Source of the DNA: Cyanophora paradoxa CCMP329
Lineage: Eukaryota; Plantae; Glaucophyta
Assembly: GCA_004431415.1 (NCBI GenBank)
Contig: QPMI01000439.1
Span: forward strand, 1 to 64,000
Reading direction: 5' to 3'
DNA length: 64,000 nucleotides
Part shown: one piece after another, positions 30,061-41,603 of the stretch
Layout of the letters: every line of letters starts with the position of its first letter
Position numbering within the stretch: the first letter of the stretch is position 1
Notes under the pieces: model-generated
What the model was told of the DNA's origin: nothing
Database searches by the model: none
Seen by the model: only the letters and a program-made list of their open reading frames with translations
Program-made: the position numbers and the translations under genes

Positions 30061-30574
30061 GGCTGGCGCTGATGGGCTGGCGAGGGCGCGGTTGGGCCCC
30101 TTGTCGGCGCTCTGGCAACGCGACAGTCAAATGCACGCTCTGCGACGAATGCACACGTGCATGAGCCATCCGCGCTACATATACCGTGCACGGTCATCTG
30201 ACTGACAACTGCTGCAGCCTGTATCCCCACCTGCCTGACTGGCTGCTGCAGCTACCTGAATGAGGCCCTACCCCCCAATCTGATCACTTGGCTGCGAACG
30301 CTCAGCTGCAACGAAGCTCTCTGAATGCAGCGGGGCGTCGGCTAGACCGCGGATGAAGGCGCAGGCAGGTCGCCTAGTGCCCCGCGCCCACATGAACAGG
30401 TCAGGCGGGCGACCCCGCGGTCAGCTGACGATTGCAATTGCGGGGTTTTTGTCAGAGCGTCAGTGCCTGCGTCAATTGCCAGCCGCAGGCCCAGCCGCAG
30501 TCGCGTTATCGGTCTGCCTCGTTCCGCTGCGTTATCGACCGCTGCAGCTGTGTATGATACTCGCCGCAGCCGAC

Positions 30575-32343
30575 ATGCCGGAGAAGCGTGGATTCGTCAT
30601 CCGGCGCGCCCTCCAGAGGACGCCCGGACGAATTGGTAGCGTGTCCCACAGCGCCCTACTCTTCGTTGACGGCGATGGCCAGTACCGCGTTGTCGAGTAC
30701 ATGGACGGGTGCGCTCGCTCTATCGTGAAGGCCGCGGAGACGCGGAGACACGGAGACTCCATCGCTACGCCCACTGACGACCTCACTCTCAACCTATCAC
30801 CTACGGCCGCTCGCCGGGCCCTCGCGCCCGCCGCCGACCCGCCGTCGCCTGCGCGACCTGCGCCTCCACACCTCCCTCACTACCGCCGACACGCTCGCCT
30901 CCCGCCGCCACCGCTGCTCTTTCCCCCCCTGCCCTCTCTCGCCCGTTGCCCCAATCGCCCTCCCCCACGGCCCCATCCCCCACCCCCTCCGCCCCTTCCG
31001 CTCTGCTGATCTCCCGCTACCCCAGGGAGGGGACGGTGGTGCGGGCTGCCAGGTGGAAGGTCGTCGGTCGGCCGCTGAACCCACCGGCGCCTGCCCGGCC
31101 ACGCGCCAGGCCGGGGCGGCCGGACCGCCGTGGAGGGGCTCGTCATTGCCCGCGGTGGGGGGGAGGCGGTCGGCGGGCGGCTGGAAGCCCGGCGGAACGC
31201 GCCACTGGAGCCTCCCTCCTCCCGACCGCGGCTGCCCGACCCGGTCCTCCCCCGTCCTTTCCCACCGCCCAACGTCGCTCCATGCCGTGCCCTCCTCCCC
31301 GCCCCCGTCCCCCTTTCCCCCGACCAATCTTCCCCGAATGCTCTGAGCCCGGCGGCTCCACCAGGCTTGCTCTCGGACGAGCGAGCCCCCGACCCGACCC
31401 GCCGTGCCGATGACACGGCGGGCCGTACTCTAGCGTGTACAGAGTGGTTTAGATTATAGTGCGCCTTCTCGGAGGCCCTAGCTTACTAGGCATAGCGCTC
31501 GCTACAGCTGCAGCTCACTTCGCTGCCCACCTCTGATTGCTATTCTCGTCCCTGGGTAGTCACTCCCTTTCCCGCGTAGGATCTTTCCTGTGCTGCAGCT
31601 CTAGACTTAGTCCCCGGGGTAGCGTCTCCAGTTATTTCCATATCCGAGCTCCACCCGGTCCGATGTCCGAAAGGCTTAGTCCCGTAGGTTCATCTCTCGA
31701 CTTGACACAGATGGACACCTCAGTTATATCTCTAGCCATTTGTCTCGGTGTGTGCGAATTCATTGATTAAAACGTGAAGGCCGCATGCGGCTCGCCTCAG
31801 CTCACTCCGCCCGCCTGCATGCGCATGCGCAGCGGTCCGGGCGACCGCGGCTTCGTCCGCCGCTGGGACGCAGGCGCCATGACAGTGGAGTCGAAGGGCG
31901 AGGGATACGAAGTCGTGACGTTCTCCAAAGACACCGGCGGCTTCTTCTGGCAGAAGCAGCTGCGCGGGTTCCCGGTGCCGGCATCGAGAGACTCCAGCGT
32001 CGCCGAGGCAGACATGCGGGCGGCGATGGCTCCCAACCCGTACTCTATCCCGGACCGCTGGGTCTGCCACACCGCTCAGGTTCGAGCTGGCCCGTGGCCG
32101 CGGGTCCTTTCCCCAGTCCGCGCGCGCCGCGGAATTTGATCTGTGCGCGTACGCGTGCATGCGCAGGAGCACGTCCGCGTCAAGTGGGGCCTCCTCGCCT
32201 ACCAGAGCCCGGGCTGCCAGTGGGCAGAGCGGCCGGAGAAGCGCGCGGCGAGGCTGGAGGCAAAGCGCGCGTCCAGGCAGCTCGTGGAGGACGTGTACAC
32301 GGGGCTCGACTCGCCGTACAACCTCCCCTTCGACGGCGGCTGA
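30575..32343 (+). CDS. Small permuted papain-like (LRAT/PPPDE/NlpC-P60-type) protein
   Basis: Exon 1 has VSHSALL..YRVVEY (candidate catalytic His). It joins in phase across intron 30709-31832 to ..YSIPDRWVCHTAQ|EH (candidate Cys, cf. Y..NCH). The His-before-Cys order is the permuted arrangement. Confidence 0.5.
30736..31772 (+). mobile_element. 1037-bp intronic insertion, probably a 5'-truncated or non-autonomous non-LTR retroelement
   Basis: Perfect 12-bp direct repeat CGTGAAGGCCGC at 30724-30735 and 31773-31784. The 3' end is ATTCATTGATTAAAA and there are no terminal inverted repeats. Removing the insert leaves an intron of about 75 nt, typical for this window. Confidence 0.8.
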
Positions 32344-32745
32344 AGCCTTAGGACTCTCTCTGGCCCCACTCGCCGCGGCAGTTTGTTTCGCTTCCGCTAC
32401 GTGTGCCTTCGGCAGCCTTCCAGTCTTCTCCTATTACGTATGTAATGGTTTACTGATATCGATAGCGAAATAATATTGATGAACACGAAAAGTACAAGAG
32501 AATGAAGACTGATCATGAGGGTGCTTAAGCTTGAAGCTAACAAGTATAACACGCATTGCAAAAAATGCAAGAAGCCATTGAATGAAGCATGCCGGGAAGA
32601 GCATGTGGTCAGGCGCACAGCGAAGGGGGCCCCGTGGGGGGCCGCCCGCTGCCACTGCCGGAGCAGATTGTTTGTCCCTAACTGCCTACCGCTATTCCTA
32701 TGCGATCGAGTGCAGTTTATCGTAGAGCGAAATCCGAAGCGGGAG

Positions 32746-32782
32746 CCAAGCCAAGCCAAGCCAAGCCAAGCCAAGCCAAGCC
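32746..32782. repeat. (CCAAG)7 microsatellite
   Basis: Seen directly, just downstream of the SLAC1-like stop codon. Confidence 0.9.
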
Positions 32783-32793
32783 GAGGGCTTGGC

Positions 32794-35700
32794 TTACGAC
32801 CAGTAGGGGGTGAAGCCCGGGGTCGAGGGGGGGCGGAGGGCCGGGCAGCCGCCGGCGAGGGCCTCGAACTGGGCCTCGGGGAGGCCCTCGTAGAGCCAGG
32901 TGCCGACGAGGGGCGTGTACTCGGGCAGGGAGCGCTGGAAGAAACCGAAGAAGGCGCCGGCCTCGCCGGCCGGAAGCGAGCCGATCTGGACCATGACGCG
33001 GCGCCACTCGGTGGCGGCGGTGAGGCCCCAGGCGCGCCGGAGGAGGTCAGCCGCCAGCGCGTTGTTGCCGATGGTGTTGGCCAGGGCGAGGGTCGAGCCG
33101 GCCTCGGCCGAGACCTGGCAGAAGGAGAATCAAGTCAGATCAAATCTGGATCAAATCTTCGGAATTCGAAGGCGCTCACGTGGGCGTCGATGTCGCGGGC
33201 GAGGGCGGAGAGGTACTGGCTCGCCGAGCCGAGGAGCTCGCGCCGGCGGGACTCGCTGCTCGGATTGTAAGCTGTTATGCTAAGAAGAAGATTCGATCCG
33301 GATTTGATCCGACGTGCCTGGTGTTGGAGAGGGCGCCGTCGAGGGCAGAGCGGGCCGAGGCGACGAGGGTGAGGTCCGCCTCGCGGTTCGCGGCGGCCTT
33401 GGCGGCCGCCTCGGGCGAGAGCGACGCCGCGATCGGGCCGTACACGATGTCCTACAAGCTCGGTCAGAAAGCTCAATCTTTTCATGCAAGCTTCGTCTTT
33501 CACGGACCTGGTGCTTGGCGGTCTCGTTCATGAGGACGTACAGGTCCTCGACGCGGCCGCGCACGTCGCGCAGGTCACTGCGAACGAAGGAAGGAAGGAG
33601 CTAAGTCGAACGATTTCGAAAGATTTGATCCGAGGCCGACGTCGACGCACGCCATGCCGGAGGAGAGGCGCTGGGCGAGGTCCGCCGAGCACGTCTTCAT
33701 CGCCGCGTGCTCGACGGCGACGAGCGTCGCCGCCGGCTGCGTGATCGCGGGGCCCAGGTCGAAGAAGATGCCTGCATGGAGACACCTCGTCGTTAGCTAC
33801 AGAGTACGCTAGATCTTAGTTAACGTTTATATTATAAGCAGTCTTAGGCCTCACCCTCGCCCTTGAAGAAGTGGATGGCCGAGAAGACGAAGATGGCGGC
33901 CGACTGGATCGTGATGAAGATGAGGAGGATGAAGCTCAAGATCTGCAGGATCATTTAGGATCCAAGCTCAGCAAATGCAAAGCTCAAGGAATTCGAAGGG
34001 CCCTAGAATTCGGACCTTGGTGATGTAGGTGTTGACCCAGCCGTGGTAGCAGATGGTGGTGATCGCCACGCAGTTGGAGGGGAACATGTAGATGTAGTAG
34101 AGGCGGTTGAAGGGGCGCTTCCAGAACGGGTTGCGGAGCTCCAGCACCAGGATGAAAACGTAGATCGTCATCTAGGTGGATAGATAGATTAAAACATGCT
34201 AGAGGCCACGGAGATTAATTAATAATAAGAAGTTCGGCGCACGGTGATCCAGTAGAAGATCTGGCCGCCGGCGTTCCAGTTGAAGAGGCCGATGATGCCC
34301 GACTGCCACGGGTTCTTGTACACGGGCGAGGTCATCGACGCCGTCGCAACGTGGAACTCGGCCTGTAGATTGAAGTCAGAGAAAGATGCATGAAGGGCTT
34401 CGGAAGCTTAAGCTTAAGGAAGTTCAAGATAGATAGATAGGTTTAGGGTTTAAGGACTTGAGCTCTAAAGGACTTTATGGTTTAATTCGAAAGCAAAGCA
34501 GATCTAGAATCGGATCATAAGCCAAGCTAAGCCGGCACGCACCATCCAGGGGAGGCCGGGGGCGGTGAGGATGTTCCACGAGACGCAGGCGAGGGCGGGG
34601 ACGGCGAGGAGGACGTAGGCGGCCGGGAGGGGGCCCAGCGGGTTCCCGACGAAGAAGTGCTTGTAGCAGAGCAGCGTCATGATGATCGTCCAGTTGCTGA
34701 AGAACGATAGAATTAGAATGAGCTTAAGCTGCTTAGATCTAGAAGCTCGATCTAGAAGTTTATAGAATAATCGGGCTTACAAGATGCCGAAGGAGAAGAA
34801 GAGCCAGGCGATGAGGTTGTAGTTGGGGCCGGCGAGGGCGAAGGCGCCGGCGCCGAGGATGTCCGCCGCGAAGGGCAGGAGCCAGGTCACGTTCATCGCG
34901 CCGATGCCCTTGGGCTCCGTGAACCTGCCAAGTCAAGTTAAGACCCATTGAGATTATGTACATCTATCTAAGGTGGGCGGACCACTTGTAGTAGGTGAGG
35001 AGAGTGCCGAGGATCTGGATGGGGCCGGCGACCCAGAAGATGCCCTTGGTCGCGTCGTCCTGGCTCTTCAGGCCCGTCAGCGAGAGCGGGAACTGCGCGC
35101 GGAGAGATTCGATCGGTCAGAGATTCGAATTCAAGGGATTAGATGGAGCGGATCCGGACCGAGGCCATGGGTCCGAGGGCGTTCTCATAGGGGAATGCGT
35201 TGGCGTCCGAGCAGAAGCGGGCCGCTGCGGGGCGGGGCGGGGGAAGGGGGAGCGCGGGTGAGCTCCAGCCTCAGGGGGAGGGGGGGTACAGGACAGGGAG
35301 GGGCGCACCGATGACGTAGAGGTAGAGGGTACCCCCGATGAGAACGAAGCCTGCGTACGCGCGCCTCCCCATCAGAAAACAAGAAGAGCAAGGCTCGGAT
35401 CAAATTTATCGAATCGCAGCGCACAGTGTCCGACGAAGGGGATGCCGAACTCGAACCAGAGCTGGCGCCAGCCGTAGACGAAGAGCTTGGCGAAGTGGAG
35501 CCCCAGGACGATCACGAAGACCACGATCGAGAGGAGGATGATCGCCTGCCACACCCACTGCGCTGCGGGGGGCTTAGAATCGAAGGCGGCCTTATAATTA
35601 AGCTTAAAGCTTAAGCTTTAGCTTAAGCTTAACTTAGTAGGCGCGCGGCCGGTCTTAACTTAGTCAGCTTAGTAACTTAGTAACTTAGCAGGGCTTAGAA

Positions 35701-36610
35701 GGAGAACTTCGGAATCGAGGACGAAGAAAGCAGACGGGGGCGGCGGTCTAGATCTAAACCTAGATCTAGATCTAGGGCGGGGCGGCGCGCGCGCGCGGGG
35801 GGGGACTCACTCCATGCGCCGGGGTCGCTGATGGGCTTGCCGGTGAGGATCGAGACGGCGGCGTTGGAGACCGAGGCGGGGAGCGAGCCGGGCATCGTCA
35901 CGTCCGGGTTCAGAGCCTACGAATACGGAGAAGACGTGAGTTCAAGGAGCATTAGATCTAGATCTTAAGCTGGGCTCTGCAGACGCGCGGCCGCGGGCGG
36001 GGCCCCGGGTTGGCTGGGCACCTTGAGGGTCGGGTCGGGGTCGCCGAAGAGGAAGACGCGGGCCACGAGCCACGTGATCCCGACGGACGCGAGGCCAATC
36101 GTGTCTGGGAGGGGAGGGGAGGGGAGGGGTTAGAGTTAGATCTAGACCGGAGCTGGCCGAACTTCGGAAGCGGAGGAACGCTCACCGACGAAGTGCGTGA
36201 AGTTCACGTACTTAACGGCCGTGCCGAGGAAGCCCAGGGGCTTCTCGGGCGCGGCGGGCTTCAGGTACGTGGTGTCGACGATCGGCCGGCCCCGCACGGG
36301 GTACTGGTACGCCGGCACCGCCGAGCGCGCCGGCTGCTGCTTCGGCTTGTCGTCCCCGAACAAGTTGACGTCGAACACCTGCGCGCACGGCCCCGTCAGC
36401 CGCGAGCCCCGCGACCGGACCGCCCGCGCACGCCGGTTCCGAGGGCGGAACGGCGTGGTCGATCTAAGGGCGCCAGGATGAGCGCGCGCACCGCGAATCC
36501 ATCCGAGCTGGAGTCCGGCACTTGTGTGACTCTGCTCCCCGCGTCAGCGCGCGCACGCCGGGCGCGAATGACGGCGCGGCGGCGGCGCACGTTACGATGT
36601 CAGGCGCCAT
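32794..36610 (-). CDS. SLAC1/TehA (TDT family) anion channel fused to a C-terminal hemerythrin-like domain
   Basis: Spliced from MAPDIVT|VTQ. About 10 hydrophobic segments, including NFTHF..IGLASVGITW, TWLLP, AWLFFSFGIF|NW, YVLLAVPALACVSW and PFNRLYYIYMFPS (TM9 gate F-P, cf. WWAYTFP). The helical tail reads EHAA..ETAKHQDIVYGP..DAHVSAE. Confidence 0.8.
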
Positions 36611-37807
36611 GTCGCCGGTGCGTGCGCGCCGCGCGATCTAACTCCGCAGAGGCTGCGCATTCGAACGTGAGCGCGGTTTGGCGGCACGCTGCGGACTGCT
36701 GCTGTCGGCGACTATCGCGCGCATGGATAATGATCGATCCGGATCTAGATCGGCCGGCGCGCGCCCGCCCGCCCGCCCGCGCCGGCCGAAGTCTAGACAC
36801 GCTGCTAACTGTCTCCGCTTGGTTGCGCGCAAGATACGCTGGTCGACAATCTAGGCGCGCCGCACGGGCTGACCGAACCGGCGCGGTCGGGGCTAACGCT
36901 TGCGAGGCCGGCGCGCGCTAGCGCTCTCGCTGAGGGGAGAGGAGGGCGCTGGAGGGCGCACCAGAGAGGGGAAAGGGCGACCACTATGCGAGGCGAGGTC
37001 GGGGCTCGGTGCGCGCGAGCGTCGAGGGAATACTGCGCTGCATGATGCTCCTTCATGATGGGAATTCGCAGGCCACTAATTGGTGCGAACGAAGCGCGCT
37101 CGTACCCTGCGTACATCCCCCCTCGATTTTTCTATCTGTCATCGACATGCATATGTACACTCGCTCTGTCACGCCGCGCTGCTACACGCTCGCGCGCTCG
37201 TTGCTATAGCACACTAGATGATAGCAGCTTTAGACCCGCCCTCCCGTCGCTCAGCTGAACCCAGGGCCCATGGCCAGCTCGCGCGCACGCGCAACTCTCC
37301 GCTGCTCACTCGGCTCAGTTGGTGATCAGGCGGCGGCGCGCGGCGGGAGCGCTGCCTGTCGCTACGCTTGCGAGCGCGTTTGAAGCAGCGCGCGCGTCCT
37401 CGTGTGTGTGTGCGCGCGCGCAGCTGCAGCCGTTCTTCGTACTACGGTACGCGTTCCGCGTCCGACTTAGTCCGAAGCATCGTCTCAGCAGCTGACATCC
37501 CACGGTGCTGCGGTCGCGGAGCCCGCGGAGCACTGCGGCACGCCCGTCCTCCCTGCGGGTTCCGGACCTTCCGGTCCCCGGCTCAGGGGTCCCTTCGGGC
37601 ATGGCCGGCGCCTCAGGGCCGGCGTCTCGAGCTCCGCCCGGAGCGCTAGCCGGCGCCGGGGCCGAGCCCTATTGTAGCTATATAGCTACGTGCGCCCGTT
37701 GTTGATCCGATGATCATTACTAAGTTAGCCGCTTGCAATTGCAGTTCCATAGAAGAAAGGGACATCGGCCGCGGTCTCGAAGCTCAAGGAAAGACGAGGA
37801 GGTTCAA

Positions 37808-39435
37808 CTAGCGGCGGCGGAGGGCGTAGCAGGCGGCGGCGGCGCAGCAGGCGGCCCAGCCGGCCCAGGCGACCCAGAAGCGTGTCTTGTTCCGCTCCAG
37901 CAGTGGCCGCCGGGCCTCCTCCTCCTCCAGCTCCCTCAGCATGCGCCGCATCTCTCCCTGTTGGGGGGAGGGGGTACGTTAAGAATCGGGCGGGGGGGGG
38001 GAAGATGGAGGGAGGGGGGTAGGGGATACCTCGACCTTGGCGGCGTACTCGCGCACGTCCTCCTCCGTCGGCTCGCCCCGGAGCGGCGGGAGGGGTATGG
38101 GCGCCCCGAGCCTGGGCGGACGCGTTGTGAGAAAAAGGGAAGGGGGGGGGGAGGGGAGAAGGAGGACAGGGGGTACCGGTATCGGAGGGTGGCGGGGGTG
38201 GGTAGGTGGACGAATGGGCCCAGGGCGACGAGGAAGGGAAGGGCGAAGAAGAGGGGAAAGACGCAGAAGCGGGCGAGCCAGTGGATGCCGAGCAGCCTCG
38301 CGAGGCGCTCCCCGCGCCTAACGACGTGCAGCGTGTCGTGTGCCCCTGCAGACAAACGATCGCTGAACTCAGTGATCATGAACGGCCTGCAGCGGGCGGG
38401 CGCGCCGGCGACCGGCGCGCACCAGAGTGGGCCACGGGGATGACGGGGGTACGGGAGTTGAGGGCCATGCGAGCGTAGCTGCGCGGGTCGCTCGGGGCGC
38501 GAATCGGAGGGAGTCGCGGCGCCGCCCGCACCCGATGCGGCCTCGGAAGCAGAGGGTATGCGAATCCCGTGAGGGGCGGAAGACCTGCGGGTACACGTCG
38601 CGCGGGGGTACGGCCTGGAACGGGGGGGGGGTACGACGCGCTCGCCTCGTAGTCACCGCCCGGGGCGACCATAACGGAGTGGCGGAGGCGCTCGATGCAG
38701 TAGCGCGCGTTCGCGGGGTCCGCTCGAAGCATTCCCAGCCGCGTGAACAGCGACCCGATGTCTAGGAGGGGGCGTGAGCGTGTTATTCCCGCGGGGGAGG
38801 GGGGGGGAGGGAGGGGAGGGGGGGGGGTTGGAAGAGGGGTACGTACATGGCGCCACGAAGGCGGCCTCATGCATCATGGCGCGGAGGGGCCGCCCCAGCC
38901 CGAAGGCCCGGTACCAAACCACGAAAAGGCCCTGGAAGGGGTACAAGTCAGACGGGGGAGGCGGGGAGGAAGGCAAGGGGGTACGTGTACCCAGGCGTCC
39001 AGCGCCGTGGATCCGCCGGAGCTGCGCGTCCGTGGCTACCGGTGAGCTCGGCGTCTGCGGGAGGGCGGGAACGGCTTAAGCTTAAGCTTAAGCGCACTGG
39101 TTCCAGACGAGGATGACGGGCTGGTCTGCCGGAATGTGCTCGAGGCCGCGCGCGTCAACCTTGAAGTACGACGGGCGCCAGGACGAAGAAGACGGCGACG
39201 CCGGCGACGAGGCGGAGGCGCCGGCCGCAGCCGCGGTCGCCGGGAAGAAAGGGGTCACCCAGTCGTGGACACGCCGCAGGAGCTTGAGGTCGAGCGCCTG
39301 CGGGTGTGTCCCGTTCGCCATGCGGCCGCTCCCTCCGGAGAGGAAGCCGCAGAGCGGCGAGAAGCGCTTGTCCTGCGCGTGCCGGCGCGCCTCCTCCTCG
39401 GCGGCGGCCGCGCTCGCCGCGTCGCCGTGAGCCAT
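37808..39435 (-). CDS. PlsC/DGAT2-like glycerolipid acyltransferase with C-terminal hydrophobic segment
   Basis: YFKVDARGLEHIPADQPVILVWNH|SGGSTALD, RPLRAMMH, VMVAPGGDYE|VFRP, FRGRIG|YARMAL..PVIPVAHSG|AHD. Confidence 0.88.
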
Positions 39436-40019
39436 GCTGGTGCAGCAGCGCACACTGCTTCCCTACTCGCTAGCTCGCTTGCGACTTTCGAGCGCGCCGC
39501 TGCCGTCGCTCGCGCCGCTGCAGCTGCTGGTCCTGTCTAGATCTACCGCCAACTCGGCGCCAATGTGGACTGCCTGCTGCGCCTTATGTGGACTGCCTGC
39601 TGCGCCTTATCCAGGCGAAAATGCTGCTCCTGACAGCGCTCAATGCCGCGCAGCACCGCTCCTATCCACAGTTAACAACAGCCGGACTCGCGAGCCTTCG
39701 ACCTCGGAGGTCGAGACCCGACCTTCGTAGCGTCGCACAGCGCGCGCGCCTCTAGCTGCTGCTTCCGCTGGTAAACTGCGTCACAAAGATCGCGACAAGA
39801 CGCTCAGCGGCGGTCTGCGCCGGCTGGCTGGTTCGCACGACTGCTGCGCCGGTACCCCCGCTGAGAAGGCGCGACATAGGTAATAGGCGCCGCGCGATCA
39901 GCTGGACGAGACAGCCGCGACGAGCGCACTCCGAGAATCGGAGCAGCTTCGCGTGCCGCAGCCGATCGCCGACCCCACACGCCCGCAAGAGCGGCGCCGC
40001 GGGCGGGCGGGTCGGCGCC

Positions 40020-40976
40020 ATGGCCGCCGACGGGGAGGCGGCGTCCAGCGAGGACTTCTTCTGCCCCGACATGTTCCTGCTGCGCAGCTACGTCGAGCGA
40101 GAGTTCACGTTCGGCCCGCACACGATCCGCGCGCTCGTCTCCAGCGCCGCCTGCACGGATTTCGACCTTACGGGCCAGACCGGTGCGCCGCACGCGCAGG
40201 CGGAGCTGTTGAACGCAATTCGCGGTGTGACGTGCGCGCCCCGCGCTTCGTTCGCAGTCTGGCCGGGAGCGATCCTCCTCTCGCGCTTCCTGCTGGAGCG
40301 GCGAGCGGCGCTGGAGGGCCGCAGCGCGTTGGAACTCGGCGCCGGCCTCGGCCTGTGCGGACTCCTCGCGGTGCAGCTCGGCGCGTCGCGGGCGCTTCTG
40401 ACGGACGGCTCCGACATTGTCGTCGAGGTCCTCTCTCAGAACGTCGCGCTGCAGCAGCCGCCCCTCCGCGGTGCGCGAGCGTGCCGAGCTCCGCGCGCCG
40501 ACTCGAACCCGATTTGAATTCGATCGCAGAGCGCCTCGCCGCGCGTCGCCTCATGTGGGCCGACGAGGCGGACGAGGCCGCCGCTGACGCGTCCGGCCCC
40601 TTCGACGTGCTCCTTGCCGCTGACGTCATCTACCGCACGCACTCCATACCCCCCTTCACCGCCTCCGTCCGGCGCTTCCTCTCCGCCCCTCGAGCCCCCG
40701 GCGCCCCTACCCCCGTCTGCTTCCTCGGGTGCGTACCCTCCTGTGTGCCCTAGGCCTCGACTGTCCCCGCCGCGGCTGATTCCGTCGCGTACCCCCCGCA
40801 GCTTCATCCCCCGGTCCCAGCTCCTCCACGACGCCCTCGATGAGGCGATACCCCGGGCGGGCCTGCGGGTAAGGGCGGTGCAGCCCTGGGCGGCGTTCGC
40901 GGGCCCTGGGGAGCCCTGCCCCGCCGAGGGCGCCTGCGTGTACGAGATAGCTATAGAGGCTGGGGCCGTGAGCTAG
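40020..40976 (+). CDS. METTL21/family-16 protein-lysine methyltransferase
   Basis: TDFDLTGQT|VWPGAILLSRFL, ALELGAGLGLCG (motif I), LLTDG, LMW, FDVLLAADVIY (DxxY). Confidence 0.9.
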
Positions 40977-41603
40977 CTCGCTGGCGATACTATGATATTG
41001 ATATTCGAATTCTATCGATATCCTGACGTAAGAATTAAGCCAGACCAGGGTCAAGGGGTCGTATACGTAGCGTTTCGTGGCGGCCGCAGGAGAGCCCAGC
41101 AAGAGCCTGCGGACCGCGCTCGTCGACGCGCAGGCGCGCAAGGACGGATGCTGCAGCTGCATTCGCAGACACTTTCCGCGGGGTCGGCAGCCGGCTCAGG
41201 CGGCGCTGACGTTGTGGAGGCCACGCTGGCCCGGGGCGGGCGCGTTAGCGATGCGAGCTGATCGTGAACAGCGCTCCGAGGGACTCTCGTCGCACCTTCG
41301 CGGTCCTTCAGCTTGGCGAGTGCGGCAAACCTCGCCTTCCTGTTCGCGCTCCGTGCAGCATCCATCAAGCGGTGCGGACGCCTGCAACTAAGAGCCGGCG
41401 TCGCGCGGCTGCGCTGTGGTCGCGTGCGGACGCGCGACCCGTCAATGCGCCACCCCTCTAGCTCTAGCTCTAGCTCTAGAGACCGCGTGATTCGAGCTTA
41501 AGCTTCAGAGCAGAACCTCATCGCAGCGCCAGCCAAAGTGGCGTGTGAATTTGATCCGAAGGGGGTACTGTACTGATTGGTGCAAATTTGATCGATCGAC
41601 ACA

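Noticed and set aside
31655-31690. CCGATGTCCGAAAGG resembling a hammerhead ribozyme stem II
   Set aside because: It lacks the CUGAUGA and downstream GAAA core and flanking stems.
32480-32740. ORF with HCKKCKK (possible zinc finger) at 32515
   Set aside because: It lies between two convergent stop codons, has atypical codon usage and runs antisense into the SLAC1 gene. It is probably UTR.
36700-37700. Possible small spliced gene on the plus strand (intron-like GCGCAG/GTACGC signals)
   Set aside because: I could not build a coherent ORF with recognisable similarity. RNA-seq is needed.
41040-41540. Possible small minus-strand gene or lncRNA between METTL21 and USP
   Set aside because: Splice-like signals are present but there is no convincing protein.
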